This document shows, piece after piece, positions 39,317-47,836 of a stretch of 64,000 bases of DNA. The notes under the pieces were generated by a model. That model saw only the letters and a list, made by a program, of their open reading frames with translations, was not told the origin of the DNA and did no database searches. The DNA lies in the sequence record SRR22947727_447; one strand, written 5' to 3'. Numbering within the stretch: position 1 is the first letter of the stretch; each line of letters starts with the position of its first letter. The position numbers were made by a program, and so were the translations under genes.

Positions 39317-40325
39317 TGTTGTATTATTAGGAATGTTTTTATTGTTTATAGCTTGTAATAGCGGTCCAAAGACTCCTGAAAAACAAATATTGCAGGGAGG
39401 TGCCTTAGGGACTACTTACGGCATAAGTTATATTAGTAAAACACCCTTACTCACTAGAGCGGCTATGGACTCTCTTTTGCAAGTGGTGAACCAGTCCATG
39501 TCTACCTACTGGCCGGATTCTGATATTTCTAGAATTAATAGGGGAGATTCAGCTGTTATAGTTGAGCCTATGTTTAGAGAAGTGTTTGAGCTCTCTGGGT
39601 TGGTTTACAAGGCTAGTGGAGGGTATTTTGACCCTACTGTTGGTCCGTTGGTGAACGCTTGGGGTTTTGGCCCAGAGAAGGCTTTGGAAATGACTCCCGA
39701 TCGTGTAGACAGTCTTATGGCTTATATAGGATTTTCTAAAGTTTCCCTGTTGCCTTCCGGTAAAATCGAGAAAAACGATCCAGCCATATACTTTGATTTT
39801 AATGCCATTGCTAAAGGCTATACCTTAGATAGAATTGCCCTTGTTTTAGATCGTTTGGGTGTCGCTGATTACCTCATTGAATTGGGCGGAGAATTGGTGG
39901 CTAAGGGACGCAATACCATTTCTGAAAAGCAGTGGCTTGTAGGTATAGACCACCCTAAAAATGAAGACCGAAACAATCCAATAGTTAAAGTACAATTAAA
40001 AGATAGGGCGCTGGCCTCTTCTGGCAATTATAGAAAGTTTAGGGTAGATTCGGAAACGGGTGAAAAATTTGTACACACCATTAACCCACTTACAGGCTAT
40101 TCTGAGAACAGCACTACGCTTGCTGCGAGTGTATTGGCTCCTACTTGTGCTTTGGCAGATGGTTATGCCACAGCTTTTATGGCCATGGGTTATGAAAAGG
40201 CCATAGCAGTTGCGGCCACCCTTGAAGAAATTGAGGTTTATTTGGTTTATGTAAATGCAGACGGAGCCCTCGATCAGTATATGAGTGATGGATTCAAACA
40301 ATCGGTTTACGAACAAGCGGAATAA
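39306..40325 (+). CDS. apbE: FAD:protein FMN transferase (lipoprotein)
   Basis: Lipobox FIAC, GTTY, MSTY..DS.ISR.N, FDPTVGPLV.AWGFG, AIAKGY, SSGNYR, ADGYATA. Confidence 0.95.
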   Translation: MKNSVVLLGMFLLFIACNSGPKTPEKQILQGGALGTTYGISYISKTPLLTRAAMDSLLQVVNQSMSTYWPDSDISRINRGDSAVIVEPMFREVFELSGLVYKASGGYFDPTVGPLVNAWGFGPEKALEMTPDRVDSLMAYIGFSKVSLLPSGKIEKNDPAIYFDFNAIAKGYTLDRIALVLDRLGVADYLIELGGELVAKGRNTISEKQWLVGIDHPKNEDRNNPIVKVQLKDRALASSGNYRKFRVDSETGEKFVHTINPLTGYSENSTTLAASVLAPTCALADGYATAFMAMGYEKAIAVAATLEEIEVYLVYVNADGALDQYMSDGFKQSVYEQAE

Positions 40326-41070
40326 GCTCTCCTGCTGCCAGTCCGTATTGGGCTACTTTTTCTGGGCCCAACACCTTGGTGTAGTCTATTGCATCAAACT
40401 CAAATCCTGCTGCAGTTAAAAAGTTTCCATAATCTTTTCCGTACACCCTTACATGGTCATATTGACCAAAAATAGCCGCCCTTTCTTTGGGGTCTCTAAT
40501 GCTGTTGTCTTCAAAAGTCGTTTCTCTTTGGAGTTCCTGTGGAACTTGAAAGATTCCCCAACCCCCTGGCTTCATAACCCTATAAAGTTCTGAAATGGCT
40601 TTTTGGTGGTCTTCTATATGTTCTAAAACATGGTTACACAGCACCACACTAAATTCCCCATCTTTAAAAGGTAAATTACAGATATCTGCTTTCACCATAG
40701 CAAGGGGAGAGTAGAGGTCTGCAGTAGTGTATTTGAGGTGTTTTAGCTTTTTAAAACGCTTATAAAACGCCTGCTCCGGTGCCATATGTAAAACGGACTG
40801 GGCAATGGTGAATAAATTGGTTTCTGCTTTTAAAAAGAGCCACAGTAACCTGTGTCTTTCCAGGGACAAAGTCCCTGGGGCTAAAACTCCGGGCCTTGAA
40901 ATGCCATAGCCATAGGGTAGAAAACGCTTGTAAGACTTCCCATCTATAGGATCAGTCATTTTTTTTCCACGCAAATAAAAGGCCAAAAATGGCCTAGCCC
41001 AATAGCTGGCTTTAATTAAAAAGGGCCTTGGAAATTTATTGAGAATCCATGTGAAAAAGGTGCCATTCAT
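40294..41070 (-). CDS. Class I SAM-dependent methyltransferase (Methyltransf_11-like)
   Basis: SLERHR, LHMAPE, CNHVLEHI, RVMKPGG, FGQYDHVRVYG. Confidence 0.88.
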   Translation of the reverse strand: MNGTFFTWILNKFPRPFLIKASYWARPFLAFYLRGKKMTDPIDGKSYKRFLPYGYGISRPGVLAPGTLSLERHRLLWLFLKAETNLFTIAQSVLHMAPEQAFYKRFKKLKHLKYTTADLYSPLAMVKADICNLPFKDGEFSVVLCNHVLEHIEDHQKAISELYRVMKPGGWGIFQVPQELQRETTFEDNSIRDPKERAAIFGQYDHVRVYGKDYGNFLTAAGFEFDAIDYTKVLGPEKVAQYGLAAGELIPLVRKPIV

Positions 41071-41189
41071 CTTAGTACTTTATTAAGCTTATTTTTATCA
41101 AAGTTTTTTGAATTAATTCAAGCTTTCTCCTTTGAGTGTGGCCTTTACATTGATTTTTGAAATAGATTCGTTTGGCTTATTAAAAAAGG

Positions 41190-41999
41190 TTATTTAGCCG
41201 CTCTGAAAGGCGCTTCTTCGTTAGATGTAATACCCAATGCCTCATAGACATAGTCAAAGGTAGAGAGTAACTCAGGTTTCCCATTTACTAGGGCTACATT
41301 GTGCTCAAAATGAGCAGAAGGCTTTCCGTCTGCCGTTAAGATGGTCCAACCATCTTTGAGCTGGTTAATTCTATGGGTACCCATGTTGGTCATAGGTTCA
41401 ATGGCGACTACCATGCCTTCTATGAATTTTTTCCCCCTGCCCCTTCTGCCATAATTAGGCATTTCTGGATCTTCGTGCATGCTTGTGCCAAGGCCGTGTC
41501 CTACCAATTCACGGACCACACCGTAGCCGTGTTTCTCTGTAAATTCTTGTATGGCAAAACCAACGTCTCCAACCCGGTTCCCCGCTTTAAATGCTTCAAT
41601 TCCTTTGTATAAAGAGGCTTTGGTAATGTCTAATAGTTTTTTTACCTCTGGGGCAACAGTGCCCACCTCAAAAGTATAGGCGTGGTCTCCGTAAAAGCCA
41701 TTTTTTAAAGCGCCACAGTCAATGGAGATAATATCTCCTTCTTCTAAGGGTTTGTTATTTGGAATACCGTGAACTACTTGTGCATTTGGGCTCATGCAAA
41801 GCGTGTTTGGAAAGTCGTACAATCCCAGAAAACCTGGAACAGCCCCATGGTCTCTGATGAAGGATTCTGCCAAAGCGTCTAAGGTCAAAGTGCTTACTCC
41901 TGGTTTGACCTCTTTGGCTAACATACCCAATGTTTTTGAAACAATTAGTGCGCTTTCTCTCATGAGTTCAATTTCGGCTGCCGTTTTTATCTTGATCAT
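41190..41999 (-). CDS. map: Type I methionine aminopeptidase
   Basis: VVHGIP, ISIDCG....GFYGD, GHGLG..MHEDP, AIEPM, SAHFEH. Confidence 0.97.
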   Translation of the reverse strand: MIKIKTAAEIELMRESALIVSKTLGMLAKEVKPGVSTLTLDALAESFIRDHGAVPGFLGLYDFPNTLCMSPNAQVVHGIPNNKPLEEGDIISIDCGALKNGFYGDHAYTFEVGTVAPEVKKLLDITKASLYKGIEAFKAGNRVGDVGFAIQEFTEKHGYGVVRELVGHGLGTSMHEDPEMPNYGRRGRGKKFIEGMVVAIEPMTNMGTHRINQLKDGWTILTADGKPSAHFEHNVALVNGKPELLSTFDYVYEALGITSNEEAPFRAAK

Positions 42000-42009
42000 T
42001 CTTCCTGAT

Positions 42010-43530
42010 TTATGCTAAAGTTATAAGACTTTTCCCCGTCATGACAGCCGGTTTTGGAATACCCATTAAAGCCAATATGGTGGGTGCAATGTCTCCTAAA
42101 ACACCATTAGATACTTTTTTAATGTCTTTGTCTACCAATATGAATGGTACCGGATTGGTCGTGTGAGCGGTATTTGGCGAGCCATCCGGATTTCTCATAG
42201 TATCACAATTTCCGTGGTCTGCAATGACCAGTACAGAATAGTTTTGTTTTTTGGCTGCTTCAATCACAGTTTGCGCACAGCTGTCTACAACCTCACATGC
42301 TTTAATAGCCGCTTGCATATCTCCAGTGTGCCCAACCATATCTGGATTGGCAAAATTCAAACAAATAAAATCTGCACTTGCCTTTTCTAATTCAGGAACA
42401 ATGGCATCTCTAATATCATAGGCACTCATTTCTGGTTGTAAGTCGTAAGTGGCCACTTTAGGAGAAGGGCACAATAGCCTTGTTTCTCCTTTAAAAGGAG
42501 TTTCTCTACCACCGTTAAAAAAGAAGGTGACATGAGGGTATTTTTCTGTCTCTGCAATTCTAATTTGTTTTTTATCTGCCTTAGCCACTACTTCACCCAA
42601 GGTTTCTTCAATATTATCTTTGTCAAAAATAACATGGACTCCTTTAAAAGAAGCGTCATAATTGGTCATGGTAACGTAGTATAAATCTAATGCATTCATG
42701 TTTTGCTCATGAAAGTCTTGCTGGTTTAAAGCCTGGGTTAACTCCCTTCCTCTATCTGTTCTGAAATTAAAAAACAAGACAACATCGCCTTCTTTTATGG
42801 CGCTGTTGGGCCCTGCATTTTCATTGATGATTGGTGCAAGGAATTCATCTGTAACCGCTGAGGCGTAACTGGCCTCAATTGCTGCAATTGGGTCTTTAGT
42901 AAGGTTACCGTTTCTGTGAACGAGAAGGTCATATGCTTTTTTAACACGTTCCCACCTATTGTCTCTGTCCATGGCGTAATACCTTCCTATCAATGTTGCT
43001 AACTGGGTAGGGGTTTCCTTGCAAAATTGAAGGAGTGCTTCAGTGTAAGCGCGACCACTTTTTGGATCTACATCCCTACCATCTGTAAAGGCATGTACAT
43101 AACTTTCCTGAACTCCTGCTTCTTTAGCTGCTAAAATAAGTCCTCTTAAGTGACTGCTGTGACTGTGTACCCCTCCATCGGATAGCAATCCAACAAAATG
43201 AATAGGCTTGTTGTTTTCTATAGCAAAAGCAAAGGCCTCTTTGATTGCTTTTTGATCCTTGAGGGTATTTTCTTTAATGGCCAAGTTAATCTTAGCCAAA
43301 TCCTGATAGACAATTCTTCCAGCACCCAAGTTCATGTGTCCAACCTCTGAATTTCCCATTTGACCTTCAGGTAATCCTACATGCATTCCATCTGTTCTCA
43401 GATTTGCGTTTGGATAGTCTTTGTACAATTGGTCTATATAGGGGGTTTTGGCTTGGTCTATTGCAGAAATACTAGGGTCTGGAGATTTCCCCCAACCATC
43501 TAGGATCATTAAAAGTGTCTTTTTATTCAT
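42010..43530 (-). CDS. gpmI: 2,3-bisphosphoglycerate-independent phosphoglycerate mutase
   Basis: ILDGWG, GQMGNSEVGH, GRYYAMDRD, AETEKYPHVTFF, DMVGHTG, ADHGN. Confidence 0.97.
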   Translation of the reverse strand: MNKKTLLMILDGWGKSPDPSISAIDQAKTPYIDQLYKDYPNANLRTDGMHVGLPEGQMGNSEVGHMNLGAGRIVYQDLAKINLAIKENTLKDQKAIKEAFAFAIENNKPIHFVGLLSDGGVHSHSSHLRGLILAAKEAGVQESYVHAFTDGRDVDPKSGRAYTEALLQFCKETPTQLATLIGRYYAMDRDNRWERVKKAYDLLVHRNGNLTKDPIAAIEASYASAVTDEFLAPIINENAGPNSAIKEGDVVLFFNFRTDRGRELTQALNQQDFHEQNMNALDLYYVTMTNYDASFKGVHVIFDKDNIEETLGEVVAKADKKQIRIAETEKYPHVTFFFNGGRETPFKGETRLLCPSPKVATYDLQPEMSAYDIRDAIVPELEKASADFICLNFANPDMVGHTGDMQAAIKACEVVDSCAQTVIEAAKKQNYSVLVIADHGNCDTMRNPDGSPNTAHTTNPVPFILVDKDIKKVSNGVLGDIAPTILALMGIPKPAVMTGKSLITLA

Positions 43531-43581
43531 CTATTTTTTGTTTAAAGTGTAAAATTAACCACTAATAGACAATAGGGCAGC

Positions 43582-44073
43582 CTATTTGTCAATTTTTTTA
43601 ATCATTTTAACATGAGCCCCTACCCCTAGAATTTCAAATGCATTTCCGTGAATGCAATAGCCTAATTTTTCATAAAAACCCACTGCTTTTATTCTTGCAT
43701 TCATCCATATACCGCTGAGACCCCTTTCATTTATTTTTCGTTCTCCAAAACGCAGTATAGCAGCACCAATTCCTTTTTTATGATGGGCTTTTAAAACAGC
43801 CATACCCCTGAGTTGCATTTCATAAAGTTGTTTTGGGGCGCTATTTTCGTGCTGTACCAATAAAGGATTTTTTTCAGAGGGGAAATAGCCGGGTTGCTTC
43901 ATGAAACTAGCCACTCCAACCAATTCTAAACCTAAGTATGCCCCTATATGAAGGGTATTTTCAAGGAGATCTCCCTCAAATGAACAACTTTCAACAGGTT
44001 TTCCTTCTCTGAGTTCTGGATGCCTTACCGGAAAGGTTTGCGCGGCATTTATGATCTTAATTTCTAATTTCAT
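43582..44073 (-). CDS. GNAT family N-acetyltransferase (YitI-like)
   Basis: T.PVRH..LR.G, QLRGMAV...H.KKGIG, WMNAR..A..FY.KLGY. Confidence 0.9.
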   Translation of the reverse strand: MKLEIKIINAAQTFPVRHPELREGKPVESCSFEGDLLENTLHIGAYLGLELVGVASFMKQPGYFPSEKNPLLVQHENSAPKQLYEMQLRGMAVLKAHHKKGIGAAILRFGERKINERGLSGIWMNARIKAVGFYEKLGYCIHGNAFEILGVGAHVKMIKKIDK

Positions 44074-44074
44074 C

Positions 44075-44569
44075 TTACTTTTTAATCAAATAAATATAGC
44101 CCTGTTCTATTTGTTTAGGTGCCTTTAAATGTAGTATATAAAAATAAGTGCCGGTATAGGATGTGTCATTTTTAATGCGATCTTTCAATAATTTTGGATT
44201 TAATCTATTTAACTTGAATAGCATTAGTCCGTATCGGTCATACAACTGAAAATTAACCAGTCTACTTCTTGGGTATTGGGATAGATTGATTGAGTTGTTT
44301 ATTTGGTCTTCATTTAAGGTGAGGAGAAAATTGCCTAGCGCTTTGTATTCGGGATCTTTTACACAGCAATCACATAGTACCCATTTAGAGAAATCACTCA
44401 CTTTAAAAGGAAGTGTTTTTAAGCGAGACTGGAATGAAGTACCTATGGCAGTTTCTGTGTCAATTGAAGTTGCCCTATTTTTACCTGTGCTAAAGAAATG
44501 CAGGAATATAGCAGCGTTAAACTTAAAAGAAATAAAGACTTCATTTTGTCGCTTTCCAATAAGGTACAA
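44075..44569 (-). CDS. Hypothetical protein ending in a degenerate T9SS type-B (gliding-motility-associated) C-terminal domain; possibly a gene remnant
   Basis: C-terminus QLYDRYGLMLF…GTYFYIL…QGYIYLIKK resembles the I(F/Y)(N/D)R(W/Y)G…GTY(F/Y)Y…G.I.L.. pattern; weak TTG start. Confidence 0.5.
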   Translation of the reverse strand: MYLIGKRQNEVFISFKFNAAIFLHFFSTGKNRATSIDTETAIGTSFQSRLKTLPFKVSDFSKWVLCDCCVKDPEYKALGNFLLTLNEDQINNSINLSQYPRSRLVNFQLYDRYGLMLFKLNRLNPKLLKDRIKNDTSYTGTYFYILHLKAPKQIEQGYIYLIKK

Positions 44570-44719
44570 CCCATTGTTTAGTAGCGATAGAAGATAAGAT
44601 AAAGTGTATCTTTTTATCTTTTAAAGTCCAAAAAAGACTATTTTTTGATTAAAACAGTGGTTTTTTATGCACACTCTATAAAAAGACTTTAATGGGTGTT
44701 CAAGTGTTTTAAAGGTGTT

Positions 44720-45427
44720 TTATAAGTCCTTTGCTTTTCCTGCTATTTCCGTAACCTCTTTAGTTTCTTGGTTTTTTTGAAATAACCGGGCAGAATGGGG
44801 GCCTTTTAGAAAAATATCAGCACCAATTACCTCTAAATAGCTCCCTTCTCTAAGTCCAATGACGTCTGTGTCATGATAGGTGTGGAACTCTTTTATCCTG
44901 GTTTCCCTGCTTTCTCCATTGTGTTTTAAATGGGGGATTGGATCTAGGTAATGGGCATTAATATTATAGGGTATTACACCAAGTGTTTTAAAGTCTTGTG
45001 GCATAGTTATTGGCATATCATTTGTGGTGTGCATGCTTTGTCCAATGATATTGCTTCCTGCGCTACAGCCTAGATATGGAACCCCTTTTTGGATGACATT
45101 TTTTAATGGTTTTATAATGTCTAAATCGTATAAGGCTTTGACCAATATAAAGGTATTCCCTCCTCCCGTGAATATAGCCTCTGCCTCTGAGATGCCCGTT
45201 ATGGGATCTTTGTATTCGTGAAGTCCTTTAACTTTTTTTCCTATTTTGGAAAATGCTTGGGCCACATGCCTGGTGTAATGGTCGTGACTTATTCCATTAG
45301 GTCTAGCATAGGGAATAAAAGTGATGGTGCTTGTATTTTTAAAAAATATTTTGAGCTCTGGAAGTAAATAAGTCAAATATTTTTCATCGGGTAGTGTGCT
45401 GGTACTGGCTAGTATAAGGTGTTTCAC
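44720..45427 (-). CDS. pepE: Dipeptidase E (peptidase S51)
   Basis: FIPYA, GGGNTF, G.SAGSN, NAHYLD, H.GE.RE.RI.EF, GLREGS; GTG start at 45427 preferred. Confidence 0.93.
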   Translation of the reverse strand: MKHLILASTSTLPDEKYLTYLLPELKIFFKNTSTITFIPYARPNGISHDHYTRHVAQAFSKIGKKVKGLHEYKDPITGISEAEAIFTGGGNTFILVKALYDLDIIKPLKNVIQKGVPYLGCSAGSNIIGQSMHTTNDMPITMPQDFKTLGVIPYNINAHYLDPIPHLKHNGESRETRIKEFHTYHDTDVIGLREGSYLEVIGADIFLKGPHSARLFQKNQETKEVTEIAGKAKDL

Positions 45428-45552
45428 GAATATTTTTTTTTGCAAATTAACAAAAGTTTGGCCTTCCTATTTTTTTATTTCTAACTAAGATAGGTTTTCT
45501 TTATAGGGTGGTAGGTATTAACCCATGTCTGTGGCATGGAATATTTTGATTT

Positions 45553-46299
45553 ATGATACTAAAAAAGGCTTATTTATTTTTCTGTTTTTTTCTTTTTATT
45601 TCATTGGGCCTTTGGTCTCAAAATAGGGTGCCGCTCAAAGGTAAGGTAATGTATAGGGGTAGTAATGTAGTCAATGAAAACGTGCTGAATACCACCGCTA
45701 GTTTAGCGACCATTACCAATGAGGACGGCTCTTTTGAAATTGAAGTCGCTGTAGGAGACGAATTGGTTTTTACTGCGGTTAATTATAAAATCACTGCGGT
45801 ATTGATCACAGCTGAAATTTTGGAAAACAGGCGTTTGGTGGTTGCTGTTGAGGAAAAAGTAACTGCTTTAGATGAAGTAGTGGTTGGTCCAGAGAATACG
45901 GAGAAATTTTTGGCCCTAAAGAGTGAAAAGTTTAAAGGCTATGATTACGAAATAGACCGCAGTACAGAAGTGGATAATATTGCGGAAGCAGGAACAGTGC
46001 AAGGCATGCAAAACGGTTTAAATTTTGTCAATATTTTTAAATTGTTATTTCAACCTAAGGATGGCAATAATCCTACTGCTGTGCCTGTATTAAAAATGTC
46101 CGAAGCGCTTAGACTAATCTATGAAGAACGTTTTTTTACTGAGGACCTACAGTTGTCTCCAGCACAAATTGAACCGTTTCTTTACTATTTAGACAGCAAG
46201 GTTAGCCCAAAGAATTTACTTAAGAAAAAAAATGAGTTTCAATTGATTGATTTTTTAGTGAATCAGAGCAGGGATTTTATTAAAAGCATTGAGGAATAG
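45553..46299 (+). CDS. Secreted protein with carboxypeptidase-regulatory-like (CarbopepD_reg_2) N-terminal domain
   Basis: Signal peptide; ITNEDGSFEI…GDELVF.AV.Y…LDEVVV pattern; helical C-terminus. Confidence 0.75.
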   Translation: MILKKAYLFFCFFLFISLGLWSQNRVPLKGKVMYRGSNVVNENVLNTTASLATITNEDGSFEIEVAVGDELVFTAVNYKITAVLITAEILENRRLVVAVEEKVTALDEVVVGPENTEKFLALKSEKFKGYDYEIDRSTEVDNIAEAGTVQGMQNGLNFVNIFKLLFQPKDGNNPTAVPVLKMSEALRLIYEERFFTEDLQLSPAQIEPFLYYLDSKVSPKNLLKKKNEFQLIDFLVNQSRDFIKSIEE

Positions 46300-46356
46300 A
46301 TTACATGCATTAGAGTAGTTTTTGAAATTTTAAAATGCTCGCATAGAGAATTATTT

Positions 46357-47187
46357 GTGGAATTATTAAAGAAAACATATTCGCGTTTTTTTTGTTTTGT
46401 AGGTCTTTTGATTTGTGCCAACTCTGTACATGCGCAATCTTTTTTCTACCCTGATAATTTTAAGGCTAGGGTGGTCTCTACAGCAGAAGATATTGGCGGG
46501 ATTTCTATTCAAAATACCACTAGAGGTTATGCGACCATTACGGATGAAGAAGGTTTTTTTGAAATAAGGGCCTTAGCTCAAGACAGCCTATTACTTTCTG
46601 GAGTGTCTTTTGAAAAAAAGATTTTTGTGGTCACCAAAGATCATTTGGAACAGCAGTTGGTATATATTCCTTTAGAAGAAAAAATAACGGAACTTCAGGG
46701 AGTGGTACTTATGCCCTATAATTTAAGTGGAGATTTATCTAGAGACGCCAATTCTTTGGGGGTGCAAAAGGTAGTGACTGCAAGTACATTAGGATTGCCA
46801 AATGCAAATGTAAAACCCCTCATGCAAAGTGAGCGACTACTGAGAGAGGCTGCTATGCCTAAGTTTAATATAGGGATGTTATTTTCTTTGCCATTTAATC
46901 CCATTATCAATGAAATTACCGGCCGTACCAAGATGCTTAAAAAGCGTGTGGCCAGAGACAAACGCTATATACTCTCAGAGCAAATGCGAACTTTTTTTCC
47001 AGATAGCTTATATATTAACAGGTTGGGAATAAGGGAAGAAAAGCTTTCAGATTTTTTCTATTTCTGTGAAATAGATGAACAATTTTTGCCACTGGCGAAA
47101 TCCAATAACTTGTTGCTTATCTGGGATTTTTTAAAAGAAAAAAGTGAGTCATATATTTTAAATAATAAAGGAGTGTTGGTAGATTGA
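46357..47187 (+). CDS. Second secreted CarbopepD_reg_2-like protein (paralogous architecture)
   Basis: Signal peptide; ITDEEGFFEI…DSLLLS.V.F…L.GVV; NL.GDL..D; C-terminal DF..FC. Confidence 0.72.
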   Translation: MELLKKTYSRFFCFVGLLICANSVHAQSFFYPDNFKARVVSTAEDIGGISIQNTTRGYATITDEEGFFEIRALAQDSLLLSGVSFEKKIFVVTKDHLEQQLVYIPLEEKITELQGVVLMPYNLSGDLSRDANSLGVQKVVTASTLGLPNANVKPLMQSERLLREAAMPKFNIGMLFSLPFNPIINEITGRTKMLKKRVARDKRYILSEQMRTFFPDSLYINRLGIREEKLSDFFYFCEIDEQFLPLAKSNNLLLIWDFLKEKSESYILNNKGVLVD

Positions 47188-47242
47188 AATACAACTGTTT
47201 CCATGTAAATTCGTGCGGTTTAATTGATGTAAAAAAGTATAA

Positions 47243-47761
47243 ATGAGATCAAGATATTTTAGATTTATAGCCGTAGGGTGTTTTTTTTTATGCCTGGTTT
47301 CTTGGTCGGATTTTCATAAATTTTATTTGAGTGTCACTCAGGTGAACTACAGCGAAAAAGAGCACAGCTTGCAAATGACCTCTCGTATTTTTATAGATGA
47401 CCTAAATAATTTATTGTCAAAGCGCTATGGTATTGTATCTCATTTTGAAACAAAGGATCAGCACCCAATGGCGATGAAATACATAGAGGAATATTTTCAA
47501 AAAAAATTTCAACTAAAAATTAATGGTGAAGCTTTAGAATATCAGATTTTAGGTCAAAAAAGAGATACAGATATGGTGGTTTTCTTTTTGGAGGCTAAGG
47601 GTGTTTATTTCACTGATACTCAAGAATTAGAGGTGTACAATGCCCTATTAACAGATTTATTTGACGACCAACAAAATGTAGTTCACCTCAAGATAAAAGG
47701 CCAAAAAAAGAGTTTTTTACTCATGAAAGACAAAGCTTCGGGACTACTAAAATTAGATTAA
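47243..47761 (+). CDS. DUF6702-like secreted protein
   Basis: Signal peptide then HKFYLSVT, RIF.DDL, N.LL.DLF.DQQN.VH. Confidence 0.7.
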   Translation: MRSRYFRFIAVGCFFLCLVSWSDFHKFYLSVTQVNYSEKEHSLQMTSRIFIDDLNNLLSKRYGIVSHFETKDQHPMAMKYIEEYFQKKFQLKINGEALEYQILGQKRDTDMVVFFLEAKGVYFTDTQELEVYNALLTDLFDDQQNVVHLKIKGQKKSFLLMKDKASGLLKLD

Positions 47762-47836
47762 ATAAATAGCTAATAAAATTAAATTCCGTAATTTGAACCC
47801 ACTAAAATTAAAACCATAAACTAACAAATACACCTC

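Noticed and set aside
41071..41189. Stop-free minus-strand stretch (ITFFNKPNESISKINVKATLKGESLN) and palindrome TTGAATTAATTCAA (41108-41121) between map and the methyltransferase
   Set aside because: No start codon or recognisable homology; an almost all-A/T palindrome is weak evidence in this composition
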